Source: Desulfosoma sp. | Lineage (GTDB): Bacteria > Desulfobacterota > Syntrophobacteria > Syntrophobacterales > DSM-9756 | Assembly (NCBI GenBank): GCA_037481835.1 | Contig: JBBFKW010000012.1 | Span: forward strand, 14,695 to 78,694 | Reading direction: 5' to 3' | DNA: 64,000 nt | Notes under the pieces: model-generated | Told to the model about the DNA's origin: nothing | Seen by the model: only the letters and a program-made list of their open reading frames with translations | Databases searched by the model: none | Position numbers and translations under genes: made by a program | Part shown: piece by piece, positions 20,011 through 29,277 of the stretch | How positions within the stretch are numbered: the stretch's first letter is position 1 | Layout of the letters: every line of letters begins with the position of its first letter

Positions 20011-21101
20011 TTAAACGAAAAGGCTCGATAAGGCCTTTGCCCCCGCAAATACGCTGCTACGTTGCGCGCCTGAATCTGAATGATGGATCTCATCTGATAG
20101 CTCTTACCTTGGTACCTTTCCGGGGATTCCAACCGTTCGAGGATTTTTTCGCTCAAAGCCTTTCTGGACTCGGCACTGAGAAGCCCGTTCTCCATGCGAA
20201 CAGATTCGCCTCGATTCACATGGGCGATGACCGTGCGATCCACGACCGGCTGCCGGAATTCCTCCACAAGGTCCAAAACCAAAGAGGGTTTGCCTGGGCG
20301 ATCCACATGCAAAAAGCCGGCGAAAGGCTCCAGGCCCGCACTGATTAAGGCACCCCAGACCTGGGCGTAGAGGATTCCGTACCCGTAGTTCAGCATAGAG
20401 TTGACCTCGTCCGTAGCCCCTCGCCTGACCCGGCCTGGAAAGGAGATTTTCTCGGAAAGAATGTTCTGCACCGCACCCCAGTAAATACGGCCGGCCGTTC
20501 CTTCGATGCCGAGAAGGGTGTTGCGCACGTCATCCATATGATCGCCTTGCACTCTTGTTGCCTCCCTTAGGAGCCCTTTTAGATTGGCTGCGGCCTGGTT
20601 CACAAGATCGTAGCGTTCTTGAGCCGTGTGCTTCATATATTTGCCGAAATAAAGGAGCAGGCTTCTCTGGTTCCTGATTTTGCCCGCGATCACCTCTTTG
20701 GACAACACGACGGCTCGGTGGTCGTCGAGGGCTTTAAACTGCTCGCGCCTCGCCTGGACGGTCGCCGAAAGCGCCGGCGCGACGATCTTCGCACAGGGCC
20801 TCCCGGAACCTCGAAGGAAGTTGATCTGGACCCCCCTTTCACAAAGCTCCATGATGAGGTCGGAGGAAAGGGTAATTCCGCGCGATGCGAGGGTGAGCTC
20901 ATTGATGCGAAAAAAGGGGAACTCATAGAGGAGCTCTTTCCCTTTGCGCACGAGAAGCCGCTCGTCTTTTTTGCCCACAAAAAGTCCGAAGCCGGAGAGT
21001 ATCAGCTGAGAGGCATCTCCTGTTCGAGCTAAGAAGATCGCCTCATCGATGCGGCCGTCCTCGTTGGAGGCACAATCCACAACAGTCGGGGTCTCTGCCA
21101 T
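20004..21101 (-). CDS. cas1: CRISPR-associated endonuclease Cas1
   Basis: GKIRNQ, LLGIEGTAGRIYW, NSMLNYGYGILY, GFLH, LDLVEEFRQPVVDR. Confidence 0.96.
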   Translation of the reverse strand: MAETPTVVDCASNEDGRIDEAIFLARTGDASQLILSGFGLFVGKKDERLLVRKGKELLYEFPFFRINELTLASRGITLSSDLIMELCERGVQINFLRGSGRPCAKIVAPALSATVQARREQFKALDDHRAVVLSKEVIAGKIRNQRSLLLYFGKYMKHTAQERYDLVNQAAANLKGLLREATRVQGDHMDDVRNTLLGIEGTAGRIYWGAVQNILSEKISFPGRVRRGATDEVNSMLNYGYGILYAQVWGALISAGLEPFAGFLHVDRPGKPSLVLDLVEEFRQPVVDRTVIAHVNRGESVRMENGLLSAESRKALSEKILERLESPERYQGKSYQMRSIIQIQARNVAAYLRGQRPYRAFSFKW

Positions 21102-21138
21102 AATCGTCGCCTCCTCAGCGAACCTACACGTTGGACTC

Positions 21139-22110
21139 CTAGGATGTCGGGGGCCGGTTCTCGTAATCCGCAGCTGTTACCTTGTACCAGCCCTGTCCGA
21201 AGGCGGCTGCTTTTCCCACGTGCACATATTGGCCGATCCATAAATAGGGCCAAAATTCCTTGAACTCCCCTTGGTAGATCACATGACCCACCCATCCTTT
21301 CAGCCTGTGGTCCACGCTCTGGGATTTCGACGGCCGGAACTCTTCCACCCAATCCAAATCTTCTGCAATGACCTTCACGTCACGATCGGCTTGGAGTCCG
21401 AAGGATTGAAAGTCCATGTTCAGTGCCTCGCCGCAGTAGAAATAGGAAAGGGCATTGAGCCTGTCTCTAAGCCGTCTCATAAGGATGCCGAAAGCCGGCC
21501 GCGACCACTGATTCTCATGCCTGAGAAGAACCGGAGTCAAAAAGTCCACCCGCAGCGTGGAAGGGGGCGAGGCCGCAAGGTCGCTGAATCGGATTACCTT
21601 TTGCGGGAAATTCACGACGGGGTCGCCCGCCTTCATCAGCGTCTCGCACTCCCCTGAGGCATCCAGCGCCTCGATGGCCCAAATATCGAATCGTCCCCGA
21701 CCGGTTCCTATGCCGCGATCACCCAGAGCGTGGAAACTCAGGACGACGTAGGGAAAGAGATCCACAGATCTTCCGACAAGAACGAGGTCGAATGAGAGCG
21801 GCTCGTCCCTCTCGTAGCGTTCTTTCCCACACGATGGGGGCTTGATGACAAACGGCCTGGGAAGATCTCGATTCAGGCGCAGGCGCTTCGAGTCTTCGGG
21901 TACGCGCGGGCAAAAGATCGCAGCGTATTGACAGTGCGAACTCACGGGGCACGTGCCGCAGAAACCCTGCCCTTGGGAACACACCAAACGCCGCAATTCT
22001 TCCCCGAAAGCTCCCCTCAGGGTGATCCCTTTATTCAACCTGGGAAGTCGAATTTCTCCCCTAGGCCGCAAAGTAAACCGAAGATGCGTAAGGTAGAATG
22101 CCTCGTTCAT
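21139..22110 (-). CDS. cas6: CRISPR pre-crRNA endoribonuclease Cas6
   Basis: TLRGAFG, CxxxxxxCxxCxxxxxC, PRPF, FLTP, C-terminal HVGKAAAFGQG Gly-loop. Confidence 0.9.
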   Translation of the reverse strand: MNEAFYLTHLRFTLRPRGEIRLPRLNKGITLRGAFGEELRRLVCSQGQGFCGTCPVSSHCQYAAIFCPRVPEDSKRLRLNRDLPRPFVIKPPSCGKERYERDEPLSFDLVLVGRSVDLFPYVVLSFHALGDRGIGTGRGRFDIWAIEALDASGECETLMKAGDPVVNFPQKVIRFSDLAASPPSTLRVDFLTPVLLRHENQWSRPAFGILMRRLRDRLNALSYFYCGEALNMDFQSFGLQADRDVKVIAEDLDWVEEFRPSKSQSVDHRLKGWVGHVIYQGEFKEFWPYLWIGQYVHVGKAAAFGQGWYKVTAADYENRPPTS

Positions 22111-22389
22111 TGTGACCGCTCGGCGTCCTTTGCTTTGAGCCCTGAGACAAAACAAATTGCAATCCCATCTCGCGGAAACGTTCCAAACCTTCCATAGACC
22201 TACAGATCGCAAAGGTCTTATAAGCAGTGCTCGATGGGCACGACGAGATCAGCTGCCTTTGGGCCAGATCAGATACCCGTTCGGGTAGGATATCGGCTCC
22301 CCCCTGTGATGCCTACGCTCTCTTAATTTTGTATGGCCACCGACCGTATGGACCCGAAGCACTACCTCCATCCGTTCCGCACTGTGATT

Positions 22390-24759
22390 TTATTTCTCCT
22401 CAGACCTCCTCTCGAAAGTCAACCCCAGCTCGGAACTGTAGCCCGTCAACACAACAGGCGGAATGTCCCGATCTCCACGTTTGAGGTATCCCTTGCCCGC
22501 CAGAGCGTGATACCGGCCCCAGGAGATCGGCACCAGCAGCTCGTAAGCCCGGATCGGCTCCTCCTCTTTGAGCCGCATGAACTCATCGTAGAGGTCGTTG
22601 GGCAACACCTCGATGCTATCGAAAGCCTTGTAGAATAGCTCCTCCAGCGAGCGATCCGCATGGAACGCCCGCAAAGGCCGGATGCAACTGGCCTCGAACT
22701 CGATGGCTGCGTGCTCAAACTCCTCACGCCAACGATCAGCGATGTCGCCCGCGTAGATCTTGTCCAGCCAGCCGCCAATGGCGCTTTCGTCAACAGGCCG
22801 GCCGCTCTCGCGCACCAGGATCCGGAGAGTTGCCTGCACCAGTGCCGGATCATAGATCTTTTGGCCGTCATCCGGCTGCCGGAAGACGTACACGGGTGCC
22901 AGATCGGCCTGCTTGCGCCGCCGGTTGACCCGCCCAAAGCGCTGCACCAGGGCTTCCAGCGGCGCTGGGTCGGAGTAGATAGTATCCAGGTCAATGTCCA
23001 GGCTGACCTCGACAACCTGGGTGGCGACGAGGACAATCGGGCGGCGCGCCTGGCTGGTAGAACCAGCCGCATCACACACCAACTGCTCCTTGGCCAGCCG
23101 ATCGCGCACGTTGAACCGCCCGTGAATCAGCTCGACGGCGATGCCGTCCGCCGCCAGCGTCGGGCTCAGCCGGTTGTAGACCCCTTGCGCCCGATCCACC
23201 AGGTTGCAGGCCACCAGCACCGACTTGCCGGCACGCGCGTCGCTGATGATGCGTGCCAGGCCCTCCTCGGAGGTTAGCTCGCCGTCCAGCAGGCGCAACC
23301 TGTGCCGACGAAACGCTGCGAACACCTCCGGTGCAGCCACGATTTCAGCAGCCGCGCCCAACGCCTCCCGCAGCCAGCCCTTGATCAGGCTGGGGAAAGT
23401 AGCCGACATGACCAGGAACCGGGCATCGAAGTTCCGGGCCAGGTAGGCGATGGTTCGCAAGATCAGTGCCAGCCGCGTCACCTCGTAGGCGTGAATCTCG
23501 TCGAAGATGAAGGCCGCACCGTGGTAGTCGCTGAGCAGCGCCTCATAGCCCTTAAGCCGGTAGATGCCCTTGAGCATCTGGTAGGGGCTGAAGATGCGCA
23601 CCGGCGGGTAGTTCAGTTGCGCCAGGTTACGCGCCCATTTCGCCTCGCGAGTCGCCTGCTGCGGATCATAGTCCCTGTCCAACAACTGGCGATAGAGCGC
23701 CAGCAGGCTGCGCCCGTGCTGTAGCCCGACCTGTGCCTCGCCGAAGGTCTCCCGCAGACGCAACAGCATGGCATTCATGCTGGCCTGATAGGGCAGGGTG
23801 TAGAACAGCCGCGGTAAGCCGCTGTCGGCCCCTTGTCGCGCCGCCCACAGCAGGGCCGCTTCGGTCTTGCCGCTGCCTGTCGGCGCCGTCAGCAGGGCAG
23901 ATCCGGCAACCCCGGCAGCTTCAGCTTGATGCGGGAACAGAACGGACGGTGCGATGCCACGGCTTTGCAAGACAACTTCGGCCGTGAAGCTCGCACGCGG
24001 CAACCGGCCGGCGTGGGCCGAGGCGCTCTGATCCGCGTTGACGAGATAACCACGCAACGCCAGGGTGCCGATCACCCACGGCCGACGGTCGTCGGCGTCC
24101 AGAGTTCCGACAAAGCATCGGTAGACCTTCAGCCAGTGGTAGATGCGCTGCACGCCCTGCCCGGTCACGGCAGCAACCGCACCGTCTGCCTTTGGCCATG
24201 CCGGCATGGCAATGCCTGCTTCCGCCAGGCCCAGGGCCGTCACCCATGCCTCGGCGCATTCGCTCAACCAGCGCCACAGCCCGCGCACCACGGCTGGCGA
24301 CAGCTCTGCTACTACCTCAGCCAACTGGTCGTCGTCGGGGTCGTCGGGGGGAGGATACAGATGTGCGATCTCTCCGGCATCCTTGTGGTGCGAAACGATA
24401 GCGGCCACGACCCAGGCCTGCTCGTCGCGCTCCAGCCCATCGGCGATCCAGTCGATGAATGCCAGGGAGAGCACCTCATGGCGGTGAGGCCAGCGCTTTT
24501 TTTCGTCGCGCAGTCTGGCCTGAAACCCCGCTGCGGCCTTGCCAAAGTCATGCAAAAAGGCGGCCCAGAACAGGATGTTCCACAGCCTGGGCACGCCGAC
24601 GGCCTGCGGCAGAGCCGGCCGTAGCCGGATGAAGTCGGCCAGCCGTTCCAACACCAGCCAAGTATGCTCGGCCAGGGACTCCCCCCGGCCGCCGGCGCCT
24701 TTTTCGGGACTTTTGGCCCAGATCCCATCCAGCCAGTCCGGCCAACAAGGCGGTCTCAT
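22390..24759 (-). CDS. cas3: CRISPR helicase/nuclease Cas3
   Basis: HD (LHDFGK), APTGSGKTE, DEIH, SAT, QVVEVSLDID, QRFGRVNR; ATGA overlap with cas5. Confidence 0.96.
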   Translation of the reverse strand: MRPPCWPDWLDGIWAKSPEKGAGGRGESLAEHTWLVLERLADFIRLRPALPQAVGVPRLWNILFWAAFLHDFGKAAAGFQARLRDEKKRWPHRHEVLSLAFIDWIADGLERDEQAWVVAAIVSHHKDAGEIAHLYPPPDDPDDDQLAEVVAELSPAVVRGLWRWLSECAEAWVTALGLAEAGIAMPAWPKADGAVAAVTGQGVQRIYHWLKVYRCFVGTLDADDRRPWVIGTLALRGYLVNADQSASAHAGRLPRASFTAEVVLQSRGIAPSVLFPHQAEAAGVAGSALLTAPTGSGKTEAALLWAARQGADSGLPRLFYTLPYQASMNAMLLRLRETFGEAQVGLQHGRSLLALYRQLLDRDYDPQQATREAKWARNLAQLNYPPVRIFSPYQMLKGIYRLKGYEALLSDYHGAAFIFDEIHAYEVTRLALILRTIAYLARNFDARFLVMSATFPSLIKGWLREALGAAAEIVAAPEVFAAFRRHRLRLLDGELTSEEGLARIISDARAGKSVLVACNLVDRAQGVYNRLSPTLAADGIAVELIHGRFNVRDRLAKEQLVCDAAGSTSQARRPIVLVATQVVEVSLDIDLDTIYSDPAPLEALVQRFGRVNRRRKQADLAPVYVFRQPDDGQKIYDPALVQATLRILVRESGRPVDESAIGGWLDKIYAGDIADRWREEFEHAAIEFEASCIRPLRAFHADRSLEELFYKAFDSIEVLPNDLYDEFMRLKEEEPIRAYELLVPISWGRYHALAGKGYLKRGDRDIPPVVLTGYSSELGLTFERRSEEK

Positions 24760-25490
24760 TGCGACGCGTTCTCTACAAAGCATAGGAAGGCCAGGCCCTG
24801 AGGGATGCCATTGTGGGTCGGGGCCGTCGGATCAACCCAGTACGGCCCGTATTGCAGATCGGCGAAGCGGGGCACCTCGTCATTGGGCAACACCACCCGC
24901 TCCGTGACGACCAGGTATTGCGCCCACGACGGTTGTCGGTTGGCGCCATAGTCCAGGAACCGCGGCATCAGCACTGTAAGGCCACGACCGATCTGCAAGG
25001 CCATCTCGTGGGGCACGAGGGTGTGCTGAAAGTAAGCCCGCTCGGCTTGTTCCAGCTCGATCACCCGCACATCGGTGTAGGTGAACAGGTCCTGCGATCG
25101 GCCCAGCGCCACGGCGAAGCGCGGGCTACGAAAGGCCGGCTCCCATTCCGGCCGGTTGATGTACAGCGTCAACCGCGGCTGAAACAACAATTGCCGCTTG
25201 AAAGGATTGACGTTTCCCTCCAGCACCTTGGGCGTCCGGCTGCCTGGCAGCTTGCCCGTGGCCGGCTTGAGCACGATGATGTGCTCCGTGTCGCGGACTT
25301 CGCCGGCGTAGGTGAAGGTGTAGGCAAAGCGCACCCCGGCCGGATCGAACCACTCGCCCAGAGCGCTGCAGATGTGGCCGTAGATAGTGGCCGGCGGCGG
25401 CATGGGGTAGCTGGGATGCACCCCTTGCATGAAGTGGGGGTAGCGGAAGGAGGTGGTCAACCCTTCCGCCACCACTTTGAGCACTCGCAT
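24756..25490 (-). CDS. cas5: Type I-B Cas5 (Cas5b/Cas5t)
   Basis: TSFRYP, PPPATIYG, LGRSQDL. Confidence 0.92.
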   Translation of the reverse strand: MRVLKVVAEGLTTSFRYPHFMQGVHPSYPMPPPATIYGHICSALGEWFDPAGVRFAYTFTYAGEVRDTEHIIVLKPATGKLPGSRTPKVLEGNVNPFKRQLLFQPRLTLYINRPEWEPAFRSPRFAVALGRSQDLFTYTDVRVIELEQAERAYFQHTLVPHEMALQIGRGLTVLMPRFLDYGANRQPSWAQYLVVTERVVLPNDEVPRFADLQYGPYWVDPTAPTHNGIPQGLAFLCFVENASQ

Positions 25491-25505
25491 GGCGACCTCC
25501 CGGGT

Positions 25506-26594
25506 TCAGTCGAGCCAGAAGCAATTCTTCTGCTCGCGCAAGTCGTTGGCAACAGAGCGGAATGCTTCCCTGGGGTGACTGACCTTGATCTTGTCGGCGA
25601 ATTCGGCCAACGCGCCGTCTTCTCTAAGCGCCGCCTCGAACCTGGCGCGCTCGTCATGCAGGTAGCCTTCAACCCAGCCAACATAAACATCCGAAAGGAT
25701 TTCCTCCCGAAACACGGTCAAGGCCTCGCGCAGCGCGTCCAACTTGAGCTCCGGCCGGCCGCGGCTGTTGGCGCCGACCACGTGGCCGAAAATGTGATTG
25801 CCGCCCCTGGTCACGGCCATGATCACCAAGGCCGGTGCCACGTCGGTGTAGTGCAGGGTCTGCTTGGCGCCGCCCTCCAGGTAGGCCAGACCCTCGAAGA
25901 GGGTGCTGATGCGACGCACCCGCTCTTCCGCCGACAGCCGGTAGGATTTTTCGCCTTCCAGGTGGATCAGCCCAAGCTTCTCCGCCTGGTCCCGGCGCAC
26001 ATCATCCAGGTTGCGATACCCGGTCTTCTGCCGATAGGAAAAGGTTCCGCACGCATGCAGGTCAAGTGAGAACAGGCCTCTGAGCGTCGTGCGATAGAAC
26101 TGATGCTCGTGGGGTACCGGGTCGCCCTCGTGCCGTGACATGACGCCGAAGTCCTCGGTGAGGTTGACCGGCGCGATGGAGACGAGGGTGCTCACGCGGA
26201 AGGGTGAAACCCGTGTGACGGTATCGGTGGTGGGGGTTTCACTGACGCGTGAGGCGTCCGTCTTGCGCGCTTCCGTCGCCGAAGCCCGCTTGGAAGGCGC
26301 GCGCATGTAGCCGAACAGGTCATCGTCCCAGTAGAGGATCGGATTGGCGTCGGTGTAAGCCACCTTCTCCTCGCGATAGATGGGCGCAGCCTTCCAGCCC
26401 AGGTCAGCGTTTTCCAGGGTCGTGCGCAGCCAATAGCGAAATGCCTGAGCCGAGACATACGGATACGCGCCATCCCTGGCCCGGATGACTTTGACGCCCA
26501 CCGTGTTGTCGGTGCGGGCGCCGGGGATGTTGCCCAGATTGTTCAGCGCCGACGCCGGCGCGTCGATCAGAAAAAGACCGGTAACGAATGACAT
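25506..26594 (-). CDS. cas7: Type I-B Cas7 (Cst2/DevR)
   Basis: ALNN, YPYVSAQAFRYWLR, DDDLFGYMRA, RVSP, GGAKQT. Confidence 0.93.
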   Translation of the reverse strand: MSFVTGLFLIDAPASALNNLGNIPGARTDNTVGVKVIRARDGAYPYVSAQAFRYWLRTTLENADLGWKAAPIYREEKVAYTDANPILYWDDDLFGYMRAPSKRASATEARKTDASRVSETPTTDTVTRVSPFRVSTLVSIAPVNLTEDFGVMSRHEGDPVPHEHQFYRTTLRGLFSLDLHACGTFSYRQKTGYRNLDDVRRDQAEKLGLIHLEGEKSYRLSAEERVRRISTLFEGLAYLEGGAKQTLHYTDVAPALVIMAVTRGGNHIFGHVVGANSRGRPELKLDALREALTVFREEILSDVYVGWVEGYLHDERARFEAALREDGALAEFADKIKVSHPREAFRSVANDLREQKNCFWLD

Positions 26595-26626
26595 AGGTGT
26601 GTACTCCTTTCGTGTAGATGGTCGAC

Positions 26627-26992
26627 CTAGGTGGCATCAGCAGTGGCTTCCTCGGTTTCAGCCGGCAGCGCATCGGGATGCGCGCCCAGCCAGCCCTTGT
26701 TGTACAATTGCTCGATCATGCGAATCAGCACCAGGTCGCGCGCAAACTGCCAGTCGGCGCGCGCAACCTCATCCCCCTCTTCGAACACGGCGATGTAGGG
26801 GTCGAGGGCGATCAGCGGCGGATTGCCCCGACGGACGTGGGCGATGTTGGCCTTGATCAGCGCCGTGCGGAAGTAGTCGTAGCGCCGCTCCGTGAAGAAA
26901 TCACGAAAGAAGCGTCGGTCGTTCTGACTGCTTACATAGTCGGCCAGCCGATCGCCCAGGTTGCGAATGGCTTCGATGCGAACTTTCTCCAT
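26627..26992 (-). CDS. cas11: Putative Cas11 small subunit translated from an internal start in cas8b (121 aa)
   Basis: In-frame GGAGG-ATC-ATG-AAC-ATG (SD at 27006-27002; ATGs at 26998 and 26992) before the helical C-terminal domain. Confidence 0.65.
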   Translation of the reverse strand: MEKVRIEAIRNLGDRLADYVSSQNDRRFFRDFFTERRYDYFRTALIKANIAHVRRGNPPLIALDPYIAVFEEGDEVARADWQFARDLVLIRMIEQLYNKGWLGAHPDALPAETEEATADAT

Positions 26993-28135
26993 GTTCATGA
27001 TCCTCCGTAAAAAGCGTGCTGTGATTTTCCAGGATACCAGGTCGGCTTCGCTGCGTGGCGAATAGCCGCCTCGTGGATCACCTTGATCGGCACGGGCATA
27101 GCGCAACGCAACCCGCAGAAAGTAGGTGCGCAGGAACTGTGGGGCATTGTCGGGCAGCCCAAACAAGTCCTCGTACAGGTAATTGCGGCGGGGTCGGAAA
27201 TCGGTCGTCGGCCCGCCCCGCTTCTTGGGCGGAGCCACCTCCCAGGCCCGATGCACGATCACCGACCAGCCGTCGCGATACTGGGCCTGCAGCATGTCGC
27301 TGAGAAAGCTGGTGACCTGCAGCGGCAGGTAGTAGATGTCCAGGTCCACACCCTGGCCGCTGTTGGTGAGATGGTAGGCCGTCAGTGAGAACGGCCGGTC
27401 GTCCTGTCTCGCTTCCCGCTGCAAGCGGTCGGCTTGCAACAGGGTGTCTACCAGCAACGTGCGCTGGGAGTAGCGCGCTTCCTCCAACTTGCTGCTGCCG
27501 GCCTGTTGGGCCAGTTGGATCAGCTTGCGGTTCTCCCTCAGGAAGCTGGCCGCAAAGTGCAACGTCAACTCCCCGTTGTCCGAGTGCACGGCCAGCAGCC
27601 GTCCCGCTACTTTGGCGCAGCCCAGGGGGAAGGCCTGCAAAGCAAGGACCGCTTTGGCCGAAACCGGTAGACCTTGGAGCCCATAAGGGTAGAAATTGAT
27701 GTACTCGTCACCGAGTAAAAGTGGTACTTGCGCACGACCGGCGCGCCCGGCTGACAGTCTTCCAGAGAGTTCTACGGTGGTGGCTGGATGATCTGTGAAT
27801 ACATCGCGTCCAGTGGTTGCCTGAGCTTCCGTCACTGACCATTGCCAGAGGTGATACCTGGCCAGAGCATCTCTCTTCTTGAGACGCTCTGCTCGTTGTT
27901 CGTGTGACAGGTCTGGCTTGTCTGGATTGAAAGCATCCTGGCTGAACCACGCGTTGCTTGTAAATGCGACAGTTAAGAATGACTTGAGCGGTTGTCGCAC
28001 GTACTCACGGTTCATGTACTCTGCGATTTTGGTCAGATCACCTTCGGTCAAGTCCTCAGGGGACCGCTTTTCTGCAAACGCCGCAATGGTGGCTACTCCG
28101 ATGTCGAAAAGGGGATGTCCAGTGTATTTCAACAT
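26627..28135 (-). CDS. cas8b: Type I-B large subunit Cas8b1/Cst1
   Basis: MLKYTGHPLFDIG N-terminus, PLLxG..INFYP, TNSGQG, NYLYEDL; position between WYL and cas7; GGAGG upstream of 28135. Confidence 0.85.
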   Translation of the reverse strand: MLKYTGHPLFDIGVATIAAFAEKRSPEDLTEGDLTKIAEYMNREYVRQPLKSFLTVAFTSNAWFSQDAFNPDKPDLSHEQRAERLKKRDALARYHLWQWSVTEAQATTGRDVFTDHPATTVELSGRLSAGRAGRAQVPLLLGDEYINFYPYGLQGLPVSAKAVLALQAFPLGCAKVAGRLLAVHSDNGELTLHFAASFLRENRKLIQLAQQAGSSKLEEARYSQRTLLVDTLLQADRLQREARQDDRPFSLTAYHLTNSGQGVDLDIYYLPLQVTSFLSDMLQAQYRDGWSVIVHRAWEVAPPKKRGGPTTDFRPRRNYLYEDLFGLPDNAPQFLRTYFLRVALRYARADQGDPRGGYSPRSEADLVSWKITARFLRRIMNMEKVRIEAIRNLGDRLADYVSSQNDRRFFRDFFTERRYDYFRTALIKANIAHVRRGNPPLIALDPYIAVFEEGDEVARADWQFARDLVLIRMIEQLYNKGWLGAHPDALPAETEEATADAT

Positions 28136-28140
28136 CTCAT

Positions 28141-29163
28141 TCAAACCTCCTGCTCGAGATTCGACTGGCCGGCGCCAAAACTGTCCGCCGCCCGCCGGTG
28201 CTCCTCCGCCACCCGCTCCCGCAACCAAGCCGGCTCCAGCACCTGCACCCGTGCGCCGTAGGAGAGGAGCCAGCCCACCATCTCCGGTGTGACGCCCACC
28301 AGGAAGGTCACCCGCACCCGGCCGTCTGGCAGGGTCTCGCACTGCTGGCTCTTGTGCCAGTGCTCCTCGGCCACCCAGCGGCCGGCCTCTGGTTCGAAAA
28401 GCAGCTCCACCCGCTCCGTCGGCCCTGCCACCCCTCGCATAATGCCCCAGGCATCGCCCAAATAGGCGTCGATGTCAAAGTCGTCCGGCACGGTGTAACG
28501 CGTTTCCAAGAGATGAGCCTCCTGCACCCGGTCCACCTTGAACACCAACACTTCATCGCGGTAGTGGTCGAAGGCGACCAGCTGCCATGAGCGCCCATAG
28601 GGAAGGATGTTATAGGGTTCGATAATGCGTTCTGTAGGCTTTGCCCCGCGCGAACTCGTGGCGTAAACGATTCTCAGTTGCCGGCCTTCGATCCACGCGC
28701 GATGAAGCAGTGCGAGCATTTGTTGGCGGTGAGTCTTGTCCGCGCGGTCAGGCGGCTTTATAGTCGGATCCCCAAGGAGCCGCCGCATTTCGTCAGGAAA
28801 AAGGAGCTCAAGGCGCTTTACGGCTGCCGCCAGCTGCGTTGAATCCACACCCGGAATGGCTCTGACCGTCCGAATCGCCGTAAGCAAAGCCAAGGCTTCC
28901 GAAAACGAGAATACCGTTGTCGGCAGTTGCGGAAGGGTTTGAAAGTAGTAGCCCTGACGGGCGTTTTCCAAAGGTAACTTCAGCCCATGGCGGATCATCT
29001 CCACGTCCTTCTGGATCATCCGCTCGCTGACTTCAAAGCGGCGCGCCAAATCAGCACGACGGAAATAGCGCGGCCTGCGGGTGACCAGCTGGACGATTTC
29101 CAAGATCCTGGCCGTGCGCTTTGTCTCTTCCAACTTGGTCCTCGACTCCCCTGAAAGGCGCAC
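28141..29163 (-). CDS. HTH-WYL-WCX transcriptional regulator heading the cas operon
   Basis: LARRFEVSERMIQKD HTH; RIIEPY...WQLVAFD..R...FKVDRV WYL core; WLLSYGARVQVLEP tail. Confidence 0.92.
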   Translation of the reverse strand: MRLSGESRTKLEETKRTARILEIVQLVTRRPRYFRRADLARRFEVSERMIQKDVEMIRHGLKLPLENARQGYYFQTLPQLPTTVFSFSEALALLTAIRTVRAIPGVDSTQLAAAVKRLELLFPDEMRRLLGDPTIKPPDRADKTHRQQMLALLHRAWIEGRQLRIVYATSSRGAKPTERIIEPYNILPYGRSWQLVAFDHYRDEVLVFKVDRVQEAHLLETRYTVPDDFDIDAYLGDAWGIMRGVAGPTERVELLFEPEAGRWVAEEHWHKSQQCETLPDGRVRVTFLVGVTPEMVGWLLSYGARVQVLEPAWLRERVAEEHRRAADSFGAGQSNLEQEV

Positions 29164-29277
29164 CTCCGATCGCCTCCTCCGTCGGTGAATTGACCCTGAA
29201 ATCTAAGCGGTCCTCGGGTGCGAAGACATGATGGATCCTTGGATACCGCAGCGGATGGGAAGACTCCAGTTCCCTTA

